A stretch of DNA of 64,000 nt, taken from contig JBHGNT010000017.1 in the NCBI GenBank assembly GCA_043228905.1, positions 15,190,001-15,254,000 on the forward strand, given 5' to 3'. The translations under genes were made by a program, and so were the position numbers. Each line of letters opens with the position of its first letter. Position 1 is the stretch's first letter. The notes beneath the pieces are model-generated. The model was not told where the DNA came from. It made no database searches and saw nothing but the letters and a program-made list of their open reading frames with translations. This document shows, one piece after another, positions 51,034 through 63,998 of the stretch. The stretch comes from Azolla caroliniana (lineage: Eukaryota > Plantae > Polypodiophyta).

Positions 51034-51293
51034 TAGTGTCAGTCTCTCATATGAGCATTGAAGTACTAGTCAGAACTTCTGTTAGTACTTTTAAGGACTT
51101 GTATAAAAGTGCTCACTGAGCACACTTGTATGTACAAAGTGTTATTATTTGGAATTGAGTTTATGCTATTTTGCTCTCTCTGTCTCTCCTGTGTATTCTC
51201 TGTTTTGAAGCTTCCATTAAACCTGTGCTTACTCTCTGTTGTTATCTGGTGAAACCCGTTTCCTCTATAAGCTTTTGCACGCTATTCTTTTCA
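51034..51293 (+). repeat. Second part of the 3' LTR of I
   Basis: Matches 26565-26826. Confidence 0.9.
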
Positions 51294-51298
51294 ATCAC

Positions 51299-52292
51299 AT
51301 ATCGGCCATGGTGTTGTCTTTCCCGGAAATGTGTCGGATTTTTGGGTTCAGGGATTTGATGTACGCGATCAATCCGAGCATAGCCAGATCCGGAGTCACG
51401 CATCCTGATATCATCCCAAGGATCGGGAGACATCATGTCTCTATGATTATCTCTGCCCTAATCAAGTAGTCCTTATTGGCCTTTACTGCTAAAATGATAC
51501 CCCACAACTCCTGCTTGACTTGGGTGTATCCTCGTTGTCGTTCACTCAAAACCGGATGGAGAATCTTGAGTTGCCTTCGTCCTCTTGGTTGATCACCCAC
51601 CCGATGCAAGAGGGGCTCATGTCGACTACTACGTATATTGGAATTGGATGGAGAGCTAGTGCCGCTATCAACATCCTCTTTAATCTCCGGATCGTTTCTG
51701 AGTTCTCTTTGCCCCATTCGAACTTCCGCCCCTTCTTCAGCAAGTCGTAAAGTGGCTCCACAATATGCGCATAGTGAGGAATCCAGATGTGGTAGAAGGA
51801 ACATGCCCCTAAGAATCGCCGAACCTCCGTGGTCGACTTGCATTCTTCCTTCATCGCTGAGATGGCCTCAACCTTCGCTGGAGACAGTCTCCGGTCGTAA
51901 GGTTTCCATAGGTGCCCGACCACTAGGACTTCCGATTGTCTGAATGCTAACTTCTCGCCTAAGAAGATTAGGTGCACCCTTTCCCAACTATGTAGTATCT
52001 TTTCACAATCGGCAATGTGGTTGGCAACGAACTTCCGATACTGATCCTCCCTGACCGTCTCTTCCTTTTGATCCACCAGACACCCCTTTATCGGGATGTC
52101 ATCCAAGAACAACATGTTGATATCTAGGATACAATCCCTTAGTACCTTGTTCATTGCATTCGCCATGTGCGCCACCTAATTTGTTCCTCCCTCTGGTAGG
52201 GTACACATCGCCGTGATGTCCCTGCTTTTGACGGCTAGTTGGAATTGGTCATACCCTGAGTACAAATCTTTGACTGAGTAGATTGACCTTCC
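51299..52292 (-). pseudogene. RNase H and RT of C
   Basis: FLDDIPIKGC, RRFLGACSFYHIWIPHYAH; homologous to L. Confidence 0.9.
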
Positions 52293-52624
52293 TGTTGAAC
52301 ACGGGTCTCTAATAGACGTCTTCACATTGTCTTCCTTTGTACACACCAGGTTTTGGCTATTTATGTAAATAATGAGAAGGGCAGTTGCCCTAATTTAGTT
52401 AGTATATAAACTGACTTTGTAACATAGTTTTATGGTTGGTTGAAAATACAGTTCATCTTGTGTCGAACGTCTCTCTCTCTCTCTTGCGTTCTAGTTGTGT
52501 CTTGCTTTCTGTTGATGTTGTTGTTGCCATCAATCTATCTTCCTTGTATTTGTTTACGATCTTCTCTCTGGAAGAGTGCTAATTTGTTCCGCACTAGATG
52601 ACCACATTCCCAACATCTGGTATC

Positions 52625-55600
52625 TGTTAGGAAACAAATCCCTCCGGATGGGATAGGAGTACCCGGCAACGGAAGACCCTATGAGAACCGGATGACGAGT
52701 GCCCGACAAGAGCCGGATGGTGAAGCCCGGTGAGAAGTGCTCACCGGATGAAGGGACATATTCGTAAATATGTTTCTGAGAGTCCATTGGGGCTATATTT
52801 GTAAATAGCCGAAAAGTCATATTAGTATAAATATGACTTAGGGCAAACTTAGAATGTAGCAGTTGTCATTCTTGTTGGTGCAAGATTTGAGTGCAACCGT
52901 GTACAGAGAGAGAGTGAGAGAGAGTGAGAGATGAAGAGGACGTTGTCTCTGTTGTAACCGCCACCTATGGCGAAGACAGTGAACAAGAGGTCGTTGCCTC
53001 TGTGTTCATCTATTGTATATTGTAACATAGTGATAGTTCGCAGTCTGTGGACTGCCGTGGTTTTCTCCCGTGTTTGGGTTTTCCACGTAAACATCCTGTG
53101 TACTCTTCTCTTTACCGTGTCGTGCGTACATTACCCATTTTTCTGTGTTTGATCCTAGACTCGGTTGTGGCCGAGCGTTGTTTTCGGGAGCGTGTAGTCC
53201 TTACAAAGTGGTATCAGAGCGAAACAACACAAAAATGGACGAATCGTTGGGAGGCATGTTCAAGCTCACCGGCTCCAATTACTCAGTGTGGAAGTCGAAG
53301 ATGAGGGACATGCTCGTGGTTAAAGATTTTTGGTTGTCGGTTCAGTTCGGGGACAAGAGACCAGACAAAATCGATGCCACGATATGGGAGGTGATGCACA
53401 TGAAGACAACGGCGTACATACGATGCTTCATCGACATTAGTCTATACAACAACTTCATTGAAGAGAGAAAGGCTCATGAGCTGTGGGACAAGATAGACAT
53501 TATGTTTCAAAACAAAAATGTTGTTAATCAGGTTTCGGTATTTCGGAAGCTAGTAAGACTCTGATACCAAGATGGCTCCAGCATGGCGGAACACATGAAT
53601 GCCTTCTAGGGGCTGATCCACCAGGCAACATCATTGGAAGTACCTCTCGCTGATGAGGTACTAGCACTACTCCTGCTCGGTTCCCTCCCAGATAGCTAGG
53701 AGACGTTGGTTGTCACTTTGGGCAACGCCAGACCGGAAGGGAAACGGTTATCCCTAGCAAGAGTGAAATCTAGCTTGCTAGATGAAGAGGCACGTTGGAA
53801 AGATAAGGATACGAGCTCCGACTCCAAAGCACTCCTTACCGAATCGGAACGCAGAAGACAAAGGAATCGTAGCCCCCAGAACCGGGAAAAGTCAGGGACA
53901 CGGTCAAAGTCAAGGGGGAGGCCTACTTGCTTCTATTGCGGCAAGCCTGGACACTTCCAGAAAAACTGTCAGCACTTCCGAAAAGACAAGGAAACTGATG
54001 GTACCGATTCGAAGCGAACACTGGACTAGAATGGTAAAGACCGGAGGGGAACAGATCGGAAGGGAACGACGGCAATTGCGGCAAGTGAAGAAGAGATTAT
54101 GCTCATCACCGAGGAGAGTGAGTTGAACCTTGCCGGCGACGAGACAACATGGGTTGTTGATTCTGGAGCGTCGTTCCACCTTACCCCGGTCCGTAAGTAC
54201 ATCTCATCCTACTCAGCTGGTGATCATAGTTGTGTCCAGATGGGGAATGAAGGTACATGCCGAATTGTCGACATAGGAGACGTGTGGTTGACAACCCCAA
54301 CCGGATGCAAGCTGCTGCTGAAGGATGTCTGACACGTTCCGGAGGTTCGACTAAACCTGATATCAGCCGATTGGCTAGATGATGAAGGCTACACGAGTAG
54401 CATCCGGAACAGTGTACTGAAGTTCAGCAAAGGGAGCTTGATTGTGGCTCGGGCTCGGAAAGTCAACACTCTGTACCTGATGAATGCCCGGTTATGCCCG
54501 GTTATGCCCGGAAGAAGTGAACGTGGCTTCTAACACTGCTAGTGAGCTATGGCACAAGAGGCTGTGTCACATGAGCGAGAAGGGGATGAAGAGGCTTGCA
54601 GATGACAACCTCATTCCAGTGAAGAACGTGCGTTTGGAGAAGTGCACTGATTTTCTGGCCGGTAAGCAAAACCGAACCTCCTTCCGACCAAGGCCACCGA
54701 TGAGACGTAATGCACCACTGGAGTTGGTGCATACTGACGTGTGTCAAGTGGACATGAAGTCACATGCCGGATCGTAGTACTTCGTGATGTTCATAGATGA
54801 CCACAGTCGGAAGCTGTGGGCCACACCACTGAAGACAAAGGATCAGGTGGTATCCGTCTTCAAAGAGCTCCATGTGAGAGTGGAAAGAGAAACCGGTCGG
54901 AAGCTGAAGGCGGTTCGAGTAGATAGCAGAGGAGAATATCGGGGGCAGTTCGAGGAGTACTGCCGCTCGAAGGGAATCCGGCTCGAATTTACCGTGTCGA
55001 AGACGCCGGAACTAAACGGGCTAGCCGAGAGGATGAACCGAACCATAATGGAGAGGGTCCGGAGAATGCTGGCGCATGCAAAATTACCCAAGATGTTTTG
55101 GGCTGAGGCACTGTCGATGGTGACATATGTGATAAACAAATCACCCTCAGTACCCTTGGACGAGGACACGCCGCAGAGAGTCTGGACCGGTAAGGAAGTG
55201 TCCTACCGGCATCTAAAGGTATTCGGGTGTCTTGCATATGTGCGTGTAGCTAAGGACCGGAGAGGAAAGTTAGATCCAAAGACCCGGCCATGCATATTAC
55301 TTGGTTACGGCAACGATGAGTTCGGCTACTGAGTGTGGGACCCGGTCGACCAGAAGGTATTCCGGAGTCGAGATATTATCTTCATGGAGGATAAGACACT
55401 CGCCGACTGGGAGTTGGAGAAGAAGATAATGAACTCTGAGTCGACCGATAAGGATCGATTCTACGATGAGCAAACCCAACCGGCAAGAGACCGGTTAGCA
55501 CTCGACGAACCGGCCGGTGACGGTAAGGAGACAAGACAGGCTGAAGAAGAAAGAATAGGTGAAACCGGAACTGGCCAAGACCCCGAATCGGATTCGGATG

Positions 55601-56973
55601 AAGAACAAATAGTGGAGCCGGTTGTCGAAGGTCAAAGACGGAGATATCCTCTCAGAGAGAGAAGGGCCCCTCGAACATTTCCGAATGTAGAGCATGTGCT
55701 GTTGACCGATGAGGGAGAGCCGGAAAGCTTTGAACAAGCAAAGGATGACACCCATAGCCGCAAATGGTTAAGTGCCATGTAGGATGAGACGGATTCCCTG
55801 CATGAGAACCATACATACGAATTGGTGGAGTTGTGGAAAGGAAAGCGGTCACTCCGAAACAAGTGGGTGTACAAGTTGAAACCGGGAGATGCCGACAACC
55901 CCCCGAGATACAAAGCCAGGATCGTGGTGAAGGGGTTCCAGTAGAAGAAGGGCGTGGACTTCGACGAGATATTTGCTCTGGTAGTAAAGATGACCTCCAT
56001 CCAGACAGTGCTGAGTATAGCGGCAAGCATGTATCTCGAGGTAGAGCAGTTGTTGAAGCCAGCAAGGAAATATTATGGATGAAGGACTTCATCAGAGAGC
56101 TTGGTATTCGGCAGGATGAATACCGGCTCTATTGCGACAGTCAAAGTGCCATCCACCTTGCTAAGAACGCAGCGTACCATTCCAGGACGAAGCACATCCA
56201 GCGTAGGTATCACTGGATCTGGGAGCTAGTAGAAGATCGAGAGTTCACGCTGACGAAGATCCAGACGGCCGAGAATGGGTCAGATATGCTGACCAAAGTA
56301 CTGATACCCGACAAGCTGGATGCATGTTGGAAGCGGATCGGACTAGTAAGACATCCCATGCCGGAGTGAAGGGGGAGTTTGTTAGGAAACAGATCCCTCT
56401 GGATGGGATAGGAGTACCCGGCAACGGAAGACCCGGTGAGAACCGGATGACGAGTGCCTGGCAAGTGCCGGATGGTGAAGGCCCGATGAGAAGTGCTCAC
56501 CGGATGAAGGGATATATTCGTAAATATGTTTCTGAGAGTCCATTGGGGCTATATTTGTAAATAGCCGAAAAGTCATATTAGTATAAATATGACTTAGGGC
56601 AAACTTAGCGTATAGCAGTTGTCATTCTTATTGGTGCAAGATTTGAGTGCAACAGTGTACAGAGAGAGAGAGTGTGAGTGAGTGAGTGAGAGTGAGAGAC
56701 GAAGAGGACGTTGTCTCTGTTGTAACCGCCGCCTGTGGCGAAGACAATGAACAAGAGGTCGTTGCCTCTGTGTTCATCTATTGTATATTGTAACATAGTG
56801 ATAGTTCGCAGTCTGTGGACTGCCGTGGTTTTTTCCCGTGTTTGGGTTTTCCACGTAAACATCCTATGTACTCTTCTCTTTACTATGTCGTGCGTACATT
56901 ACCCGTTTTTCTATGTTTGATCCTAGACTCGGTTGTGGCCGAGCGTTGTTTTCGGGAGCGTGTAGTCCTTTTA
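52625..56973 (+). mobile_element. Copia element P (family H LTRs), most of RT deleted
   Basis: LTRs 52625-53205 and 56380-56973, TSD GTATC/GTATG, PBS 53209-53220, PPT 56368-56377. Confidence 0.93.
53235..56369 (+). pseudogene. Copia gag-pol of P
   Basis: KLTGSNYSVWK, CFYCGKPGHFQKNC, WVVDSGASFH, FIDDHSRK, NGLAERMNR; RT jumps to RH near 56040. Confidence 0.92.
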
Positions 56974-57669
56974 GTATGAGAGCTCGAGGTTCTTTGGATT
57001 TTGTTGTCGCCGTCTATCTAGTCTCCTTTAGCAACTCTTCTTCTGTACACCGTGAAGATCTCAACCGACAACTCCCTACAAGATCATCCTTTTCTTCTAT
57101 GAAGAGAAACATTTTCGAAACCTGCACTCCATTGTTCTAAATCACCATTAAAGTAAGCCAGTTGGTCATACTTTACCCCTGTGATCGTATCCACTCGGAG
57201 TGAGACTTTGTTTTCTGAAGGCCCTGTCTCAACCGTGCTACATCGGATTAGATGACAATCGAATAGGTCAATTGACACTATTTACTCGCTCGTCTTAATC
57301 ACTCGTAGTAGCTTGGGCTCCAGGAACAACCCCCTTTCGTGCTTCATTCGGCTAGACAACATTCGGAAAGGTTAGTTGAATCTGTTCCTCTCATTGTCAT
57401 AGTCACCTGAAGCAGGATCGGCCTGGATAATCGGCACATACTCTGTGTTCAGAAATCTCGAAAATCAACATTCGAAATCGAATCGGCAAACTCAGGTCCA
57501 ATTCGACTACGTCGATTGACTGTAGTCACTCTAGACAAAATTAGCCAAATAGTTGAAACCAATTCGACTTGTGTCCAATTACAACTAGAATGACATCGAG
57601 TGAGCTAGTTGGCTGCACTCCACCACGGTTTGTGGTTGACTCCTAACAAAGTCTATCAAGCCAACACAT

Positions 57670-59509
57670 ATGGCATCAATATCCGGCTCAATAGAGATGA
57701 GTCTAAGGAAGTTTGATGGATCGAACTTCAACTTCTAGAAGGAGCAGATGCAAGACTATTTAATATCAAGGGGCAAATCGACTCCATCGAAAATGAAAAT
57801 GCTTCAGAAGGATACAAGCCGCTTGAATGGGAGAAGCTTGATAGAATCATCCAAGCCACCATTCGGATGCACCTATCGGAGTCTGTGTACTTCACGGTGC
57901 AATCGTGTTCGACTGCCTTTCAACTATGGAAGACATTGTTGGACACTTATGAGAAGAAGGTGGCCGCCACCAAGATATATCTGATTCAGTGCCTTTATAA
58001 TCTTCTAATGAAAGAATCTGACTCAGTCCAAGCACACCTGAACGAGTACGAAAGCTTAAGTTCCCAAATTGCAGCTCAAGGGACAAATATCGAAGGTGAA
58101 CTAAGAGCAATGGTGCTTATGAGTAGTATCCCCCCTTTATGGGAAACTTTCGTTACAATTGTGTGCAATGCATTGATTGAGCACTGTCATTAAGTACTCC
58201 TCAGTCACAAGCGCAATTCTGACTGAAGTAGCTTGAAGAAAATCGTTTGCGAACGATTCGGCCAACAACACTTACGTAGTACAAGGTTCAATCGACTAAT
58301 CGAACAACCGAGGAAAAGGTTCTTCATGGCAGCCGAACAACCAGCGAAGTCGAAGCAAGTTCCAGGATAATCGAGTCTGCAATTATTGCAAGAAACGCGG
58401 ACACATCAAAGTTGATTGTCGTGCACTCAAGGCCAAAAATGATTAGGCTTAGCAAGCTGGTCAAAATAGTGGTCAACATGAGGAGGTCAATTACGTCGAG
58501 TCTTCAACCAAAGTACTATCGAACGACCCGAACATACTATCCATTGAGAATACATTCGAATAAGAAGTTCTTCTTACATCTGAGGAATCAAGCACATGGC
58601 TCTGGGATTCGGACGTTTCATATCATGTGCCCGCTCATCGATCCCAATTTCTGAAATACTCAGCCCGACATTTCGACTCAGTTCGAGTCGGAAATTCGCA
58701 ACATTGCGCTATCATCGGAATTGGCACAATACAACTAAACCTTCCAGGTGGCTCTACATTGGTACTACACAATGTGCGACATGTACATGAGCTCTCAAGG
58801 CCATTGATCTCATTTGGACAACTTGATGAAGACGACATTCGTGTTGGCTTCTCATCAGGAGGGTGGACACTCCACAGGGGGAACCTCCTGCTTGCTTGAG
58901 GACCGAAAGTACACTCGTTGTACCTGCTATAAGAGAGGGTGACTTGTTCTTGGTCGACATTCCCATGTCATCACTATGGCACGGATGACTCAGACACCTC
59001 AGCAAGGCCGTCATCACACATTTATCTAGAGCCGGATACATCCCTAAACTCTCCTTCTCTGATCATTAATTCTGCGAGCATTGACAGTACAACAAATAGA
59101 TAACCGCATCACATCCGAAATCAACATCAAGAGAATTGAATCCACTTGATTTGATCCATTTGGATGTTTGTGGCCCTATGCCACATCAGTCTCTTAGCGG
59201 TGCTCTGTACTTTGTCAACTTTATTGATGACTCAACTCCGAAGGTGTAGGTTTATCTGATCAAAACCAAAGATTGACTATTCTCGATCTTTTCCGAATGG
59301 CTCACTATTGTCGAGAATTAGTCCGACCGAAAACTGAAATGCTTTCGGATCGAGAATCAGATTCTGCCGACAATGCGACATACAACATGAATATACGACA
59401 CCCTATAGTCCGGAGTAGAATGGAAATGCCGAGCGAATGAATTAGACAATTCAGGAAATGATAGTATCCATGTTCCAACACTCTGGACTGTCGGATGGCT
59501 TCTGGGCAG
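57670..59509 (+). pseudogene. Degraded gag-PR-IN of O
   Basis: KFDGSNF gag start, CNYCKKRGHIKVDC knuckle, DVCGP, VNFIDD, ending at FWA. Confidence 0.8.
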
Positions 59510-59544
59510 TTTTGGGTTTTGGGTTTAGGCTTTAGGCTTTAGGG
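59510..59544 (+). repeat. Five telomere-like heptamers at a rearrangement junction
   Basis: TTTTGGG TTTTGGG TTTAGGC TTTAGGC TTTAGGG. Confidence 0.8.
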
Positions 59545-59752
59545 CCGCGTCATTAGCTCCTTCGACATAACTCCAGTAGCCGTGCCCGAGCAGGTACTAG
59601 TGCATCTTGTAGGACCAAGATGCGTAGTTGGTTCTGTCGAGCTTCTCTGTTGGAAGCGAGCTCGCCATGCCTCTATCCATCGTTCTTCTTGTTCTTCTTC
59701 GTCAAGCTATGTCGGCTGCAGAGAGGTTCTCAACCCTCGCGCTCTGATACCA
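59545..59752 (-). mobile_element. Stub of Copia element Q: PBS, leader and gag start
   Basis: PBS TGGTATCAGAGC at 59741-59752; ATG at 59680 reads MDRGMASSLPTEKLDRTNYASW. Confidence 0.88.
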
Positions 59753-60138
59753 TGTAGAAAGAAACGTGCGGAAGCAAGTATGAAGACCGAACAGAAGAGA
59801 GGAAACTCAGGTTTAATGGAGAGCTTGGGCTTACGCAGTATACACAGGAGAGACAGAGAGAGAAACACAAAAAACTATATTCAACAATAATACTCAATCT
59901 GTACATAAGATGTGCTCAGTGAGCACTTTTATACAAGTCCTAGAAGGACTGACCGAAGTACTGACAGTACTTCAATGCTCATCAAGAGCTCCTACACTAA
60001 CTCCCAAATATATTCCTCACGGAATATCTTTCCTAACGGCCTCCTGGTTTATACACTCGGCCTAACCGATCGGTCCCAATCGATCCGGTCCTCGGCTTCT
60101 TTAGCCGATCCGGCCAATGTTGAACTTGTCTCTCAACA
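59753..60138 (-). repeat. LTR shared by N (as 3' LTR) and Q (as 5' LTR)
   Basis: Homologous to the B and I LTRs; PPT complement CTCCCCCTCAA at 60139, PBS at the other end. Confidence 0.9.
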
Positions 60139-60389
60139 CTCCCCCTCAAGATCAACTTGAGGCTCTTCGGGATCTTCACGGCACCGGTTCCTCCTGGCTT
60201 CTCGCCTCGCTCGCGCTCCTCGACCTGTTCGACTCCGCGTGCTTCGACCCTTCCAGTCGGCTTGTCTGCTCATGTGGCCCTCATCAGCTCTTCTGTTGTT
60301 GCGGTGTTGACGCTTCTTCTGCTGCCTTTCCTTCCGCTTGGGCCTCGGTTGATTCAGCATGTCTGAATCAAACATCCGAACTGACTCGG

Positions 60390-63300
60390 CTACCTCCGAT
60401 CGGTCTTCGCCTCGTCCGAGTTGGCTGTCTCCAACTCGTCTTTGGTCTTCTCGCCCTCGATGGCGTCATCCTCCTCAGGCGTGGTTGGCTTCGGCTCTCT
60501 CCTTCGGTTGCTCCCCTTCTGTCTGCTTCCGAACTTTTCGGCAGGTCCGCCCTCGGCTTCTTCAGCCGATCCGAAGTCGAACTCGACAACCGACTCGGTG
60601 TCGCGGTCTCCGCTGCTTTCCTGTTGCTTTGCTTGGTCGTTCGGGACTGTTCTCCCCCTCAAGTTCGGCACGTCAAGGTGACACAACCCGAGCACACCTG
60701 AGAATTGCCGCAACTTGTCCAGACCAAGAGGCTTGGTGAAGATGTCGGCAGCCTGCCGATCCGTCGGAACGTACTGAAGTTCGACTTCACCGGAAAGGAC
60801 ACGCTCACGGACGAAATGGTAGTGCACCTCAATGTGCTTGGTCCGTGCATGGAAAACAGGGTTCTTCGCGAGCTGGATGCTGCTGAGGTTGTCGCAGTAG
60901 ATTGTTGTCGGATCTGACACCTCCTCTTGCAGGTCCTTAAGAAGCCGCTTCAACCATATGGCTTCGCATGTCGCGACAGCCGCTCCTCAGTACTCAGCTT
61001 CGGTGCTCGACAGTGCAACTGTCGATTGCTTCTTACTGCTCCACGCGATCGCGGCACTCCCGAGGGAGAACGCGTATCCGGACGTGGATCGGCGATCGGC
61101 GGCGTTGCCAGCCCAATCAGCATCGGTGTAGCCGACTAACTGCACGGCTGCACCGGTCCGATATAGCAGTACGCAGTCCTTAGTGCCGCTTACGTACCGA
61201 AGTACGCGTTGCGCACACTGAAGGTGCTCCTCGATAGGTCGCGCCATGAACTGACTGATCACTCCGACCGGATAACTGAGGTCGGGTCGGGTGATGGTCA
61301 AGTATATGAGGCTACCGACAATTTGTCGGAACCTCGTCGGGTTGCATATCTTTCCCGTATTGGGACGAAGCTTGACGGTTCTGTCCAGAGGAGTCGAGAT
61401 GGACTTACAGTCGGCCATCCCGAGTTTGAAGAGCATACTCAGCACGTAATGACGTTGGCTGATCAATATGCCTTCGGGGGTACGAATCACTTCGATCCCG
61501 AGGAAGTAATGAAGGTCCCCCAGATCCTTCATGTCGAACAATGCCGCAAGCTGGAGCTTCACGCGGTCGATTTCACCTAGGTCGGCGCCGGTGATGACCA
61601 AGTCATCAACATACAGTAAAATACCAACGGGTTCGAGTCGACCTTTCCGGATGAACAGGGAAGAGTCCGATTTTGACGTAACGAAGCCCATCCGACGCAG
61701 TTGTTGCGTGATCTTTGCGTTCCAGGCACGCGGGGCTTGCTTCAGTCCGTAAAGGGACTTCTTCAGTCGGCATACTGCCGAGGAGTTCGTTCCGGAGTGA
61801 AATCCGGGGGGTTGTACCATGTACACTTGTTCCTCAAGGTCACCTTGCAGGAGCGCATTCTTTACATCCATCTGATGTAAGTGCCACCCCTTGGTCGCGG
61901 CTACTGCGAGAAAAACACGGACGGTCGTCATTTTCGCGACCGGCGCAAACGTCTCATCGTAGTCGATACCGTGTTTCTGCGCGTAGCCCTTTGCCACTAG
62001 CCGAGCCTTGTACCGGTTGACCGAGCCATCGGTGTTGTACTTGACCTTGTACACTCACCTACACCCGATCGGTTTTACCCCCTTCGGTGCGTCAACCAGG
62101 TCCCAGGTCTCGTTCTCCACCAATGCGTGCATCTCTTCCTCCATCGCGGCGCGCCAATTGGCGTCCTTCGGTGCTTCTGCGTAGCTCTCCGACTCACGCA
62201 CTTCCGCTACACGGGTCATGTATGCATAATGATGCGCCATGTACTCGTTGTATCCGAACCGTAAAACAGGATTCTTCTGGCGGGTAGATCGGCGTAATCT
62301 CACATTAGCCGATGTCGAGGCCTTCTCGGTCGACGCGGTCTTCATCTTTAAAGACCTGTCACCGGTTCCCTCGGAGTCGGACTCGCGTCGGTCTGACTCG
62401 TTCCTTTCCGTGCCAGAATCCGACACCTTCTTCTTCCCTTTCTCTTTGCGCGTAAGCCGTCTCCTCGGCTTCCTGCGCGGAGAATGCACGGTCGAGTCTC
62501 CACTACTCGCCGGCTCTTCATCAGATTGGTCGTACCGACTCAATCTTCTAATCGGTCCACTTAACCGGAGTGAAATCGGACTCTCTTTGCGGGTCTCGAT
62601 TTCGGGCTCATTCGGAGGCATCTCGGCCTCGCTGACCTCATCGTCAGAACTCGGATTGGAGTCTAGGTTCGTAGTCGGGGGCAGGTACCAGGACGCGGAC
62701 TCGTCAAACACCACGTCATAGCTGACACGCACTTGTTTGGTGCGAGGGTTATAGCACTTATAACCCTTCTGCCCGTCCGAGTAACCGACCAAGATGCATT
62801 TCTCGGCCTTTGCGTCCAGCTCCCTCCTTTTCTCCTTCGGTACACGCACATACACAATGCTACCGAACACCCTCAAGTGTCGCAAGTTCGGCTTCGTTCC
62901 GAAATATAGCTTGTGCGCCGACACTTTGTCTCTGATCCAGTTCTGGATGTATACCGCGGTCCTTACCGCCTCGGCCCAGTAGAACTTGGGCAAGCTCTTC
63001 TCCTCCAGCATCGCCCTTGCCGCTTCCACAATCGACCGATTCTTTCTCTCGGCCACGCCGTTCTGCTCTGGCGTGTATCTACAACTGAATTCGTGCCGAA
63101 TTCCCATTTGTTCTAGATAACCGTTGAATTGACCGGAAAAGTACTCTTTCCCGCCATCCGACTGCAAGCACTTGATCTTTCGTCCCATTTCGGCTTCCAC
63201 GAACCCTTTGAGGTCCCGGAAACAGTCGAAGACTTCGCTCTTCCTCTCAATGAGGTAGATCCACGTGTGCCGCGTGTGGTCGTCGATGAAGGAGACGAAA

Positions 63301-63998
63301 TATCGGCTCCCGCCAAGACTAACGTTTTGTGTTGGCCCCCATACATCGGAGTGTATAAGGTCGAGCTTGTTCCGGCTCCGGTTTCGCTCGTTGGGGAAGG
63401 GAAGTCGGTGTTGCTTCCCAAACAGGCAGGCTTCACAAATTTGTGCCTTTCGGCCACTAAATTTGGGCAATCCGAACACTACCTGTTTCGTTTGCAGATC
63501 TTGAAGCCGCTGGTAGTTGACGTGGCCTATCCGCTTGTGCCACAAGTCGATGTCCGACTCAGTCTTTTGTCCCTTCGCGAACATTGCGGTGCCACCATCA
63601 GTGGAGTCGAGGATGAACATCCTCCCGTCTCTGCGCCCTTGCGCAATCACACGGCCTTCTTCCTCAATGAAGCACCCAAGGGGTGTAAACCGAACCTCCA
63701 TCCCTTGGTCGACGATCTGTCCGACCGAGACCAAGTTTTTCGTGATTGTCAGGACGTGCAGCACGTTCATGAGTTTCCCTTTCTGCCCGACATGGCTAAG
63801 GGGAACTTCTTCGACATTCGCGATCGGATGCGGAGTGTCGTCTCCAATTGCGACTACTCCAGGTTGTATCGGTTTTTCAAGGTACGAGAACCACTCCTTA
63901 TGGCTCGTCATGTGGTTTGACGCGCCGGAGTCTACGTACCACACCTCGTCCGATCTCGGGGTGGTCTGCTTCATTGAGTTTGCTTCGTGTCTCGTCAC
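60390..63998 (-). pseudogene. Near-intact pol of N
   Basis: 647-, 355- and 187-aa ORFs; one Trp-to-TGA stop at 62055 and a frameshift near 60988; YVDD intact. Confidence 0.93.

Larger units (their letters stand above)
26378..51293 (+). mobile_element. Copia element I (family of A/B), 3' LTR split by J
   Basis: 5' LTR 26378-26826, PBS 26827-26838, PPT ~32263-32272, 3' LTR 32273-32459 plus 51034-51293. TSD ATAGC/ATCAC is degenerate, but host C is continuous across it. Confidence 0.88.
11309..52292 (-). mobile_element. Gypsy element C (relative of L), split by insertions; 5' half not seen
   Basis: 3' LTR 11309-11782, PPT complement TCCACCCCCACC, IN pieces ~11850-12608, 14014-14059, 25752-26377, RH/RT 51299-52292. 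All pieces are collinear with L. Confidence 0.85.
52293..59509 (+). mobile_element. Copia element O, 3'-truncated, PBS split by P
   Basis: 5' LTR 52293-52615 (TGTTG...CAACA), TGGTATC|AGAGC, long leader, gag from 57670. Confidence 0.82.

Noticed and set aside
59510-59544. Real chromosome end
   Set aside because: Only five degenerate units, with sequence on both sides.
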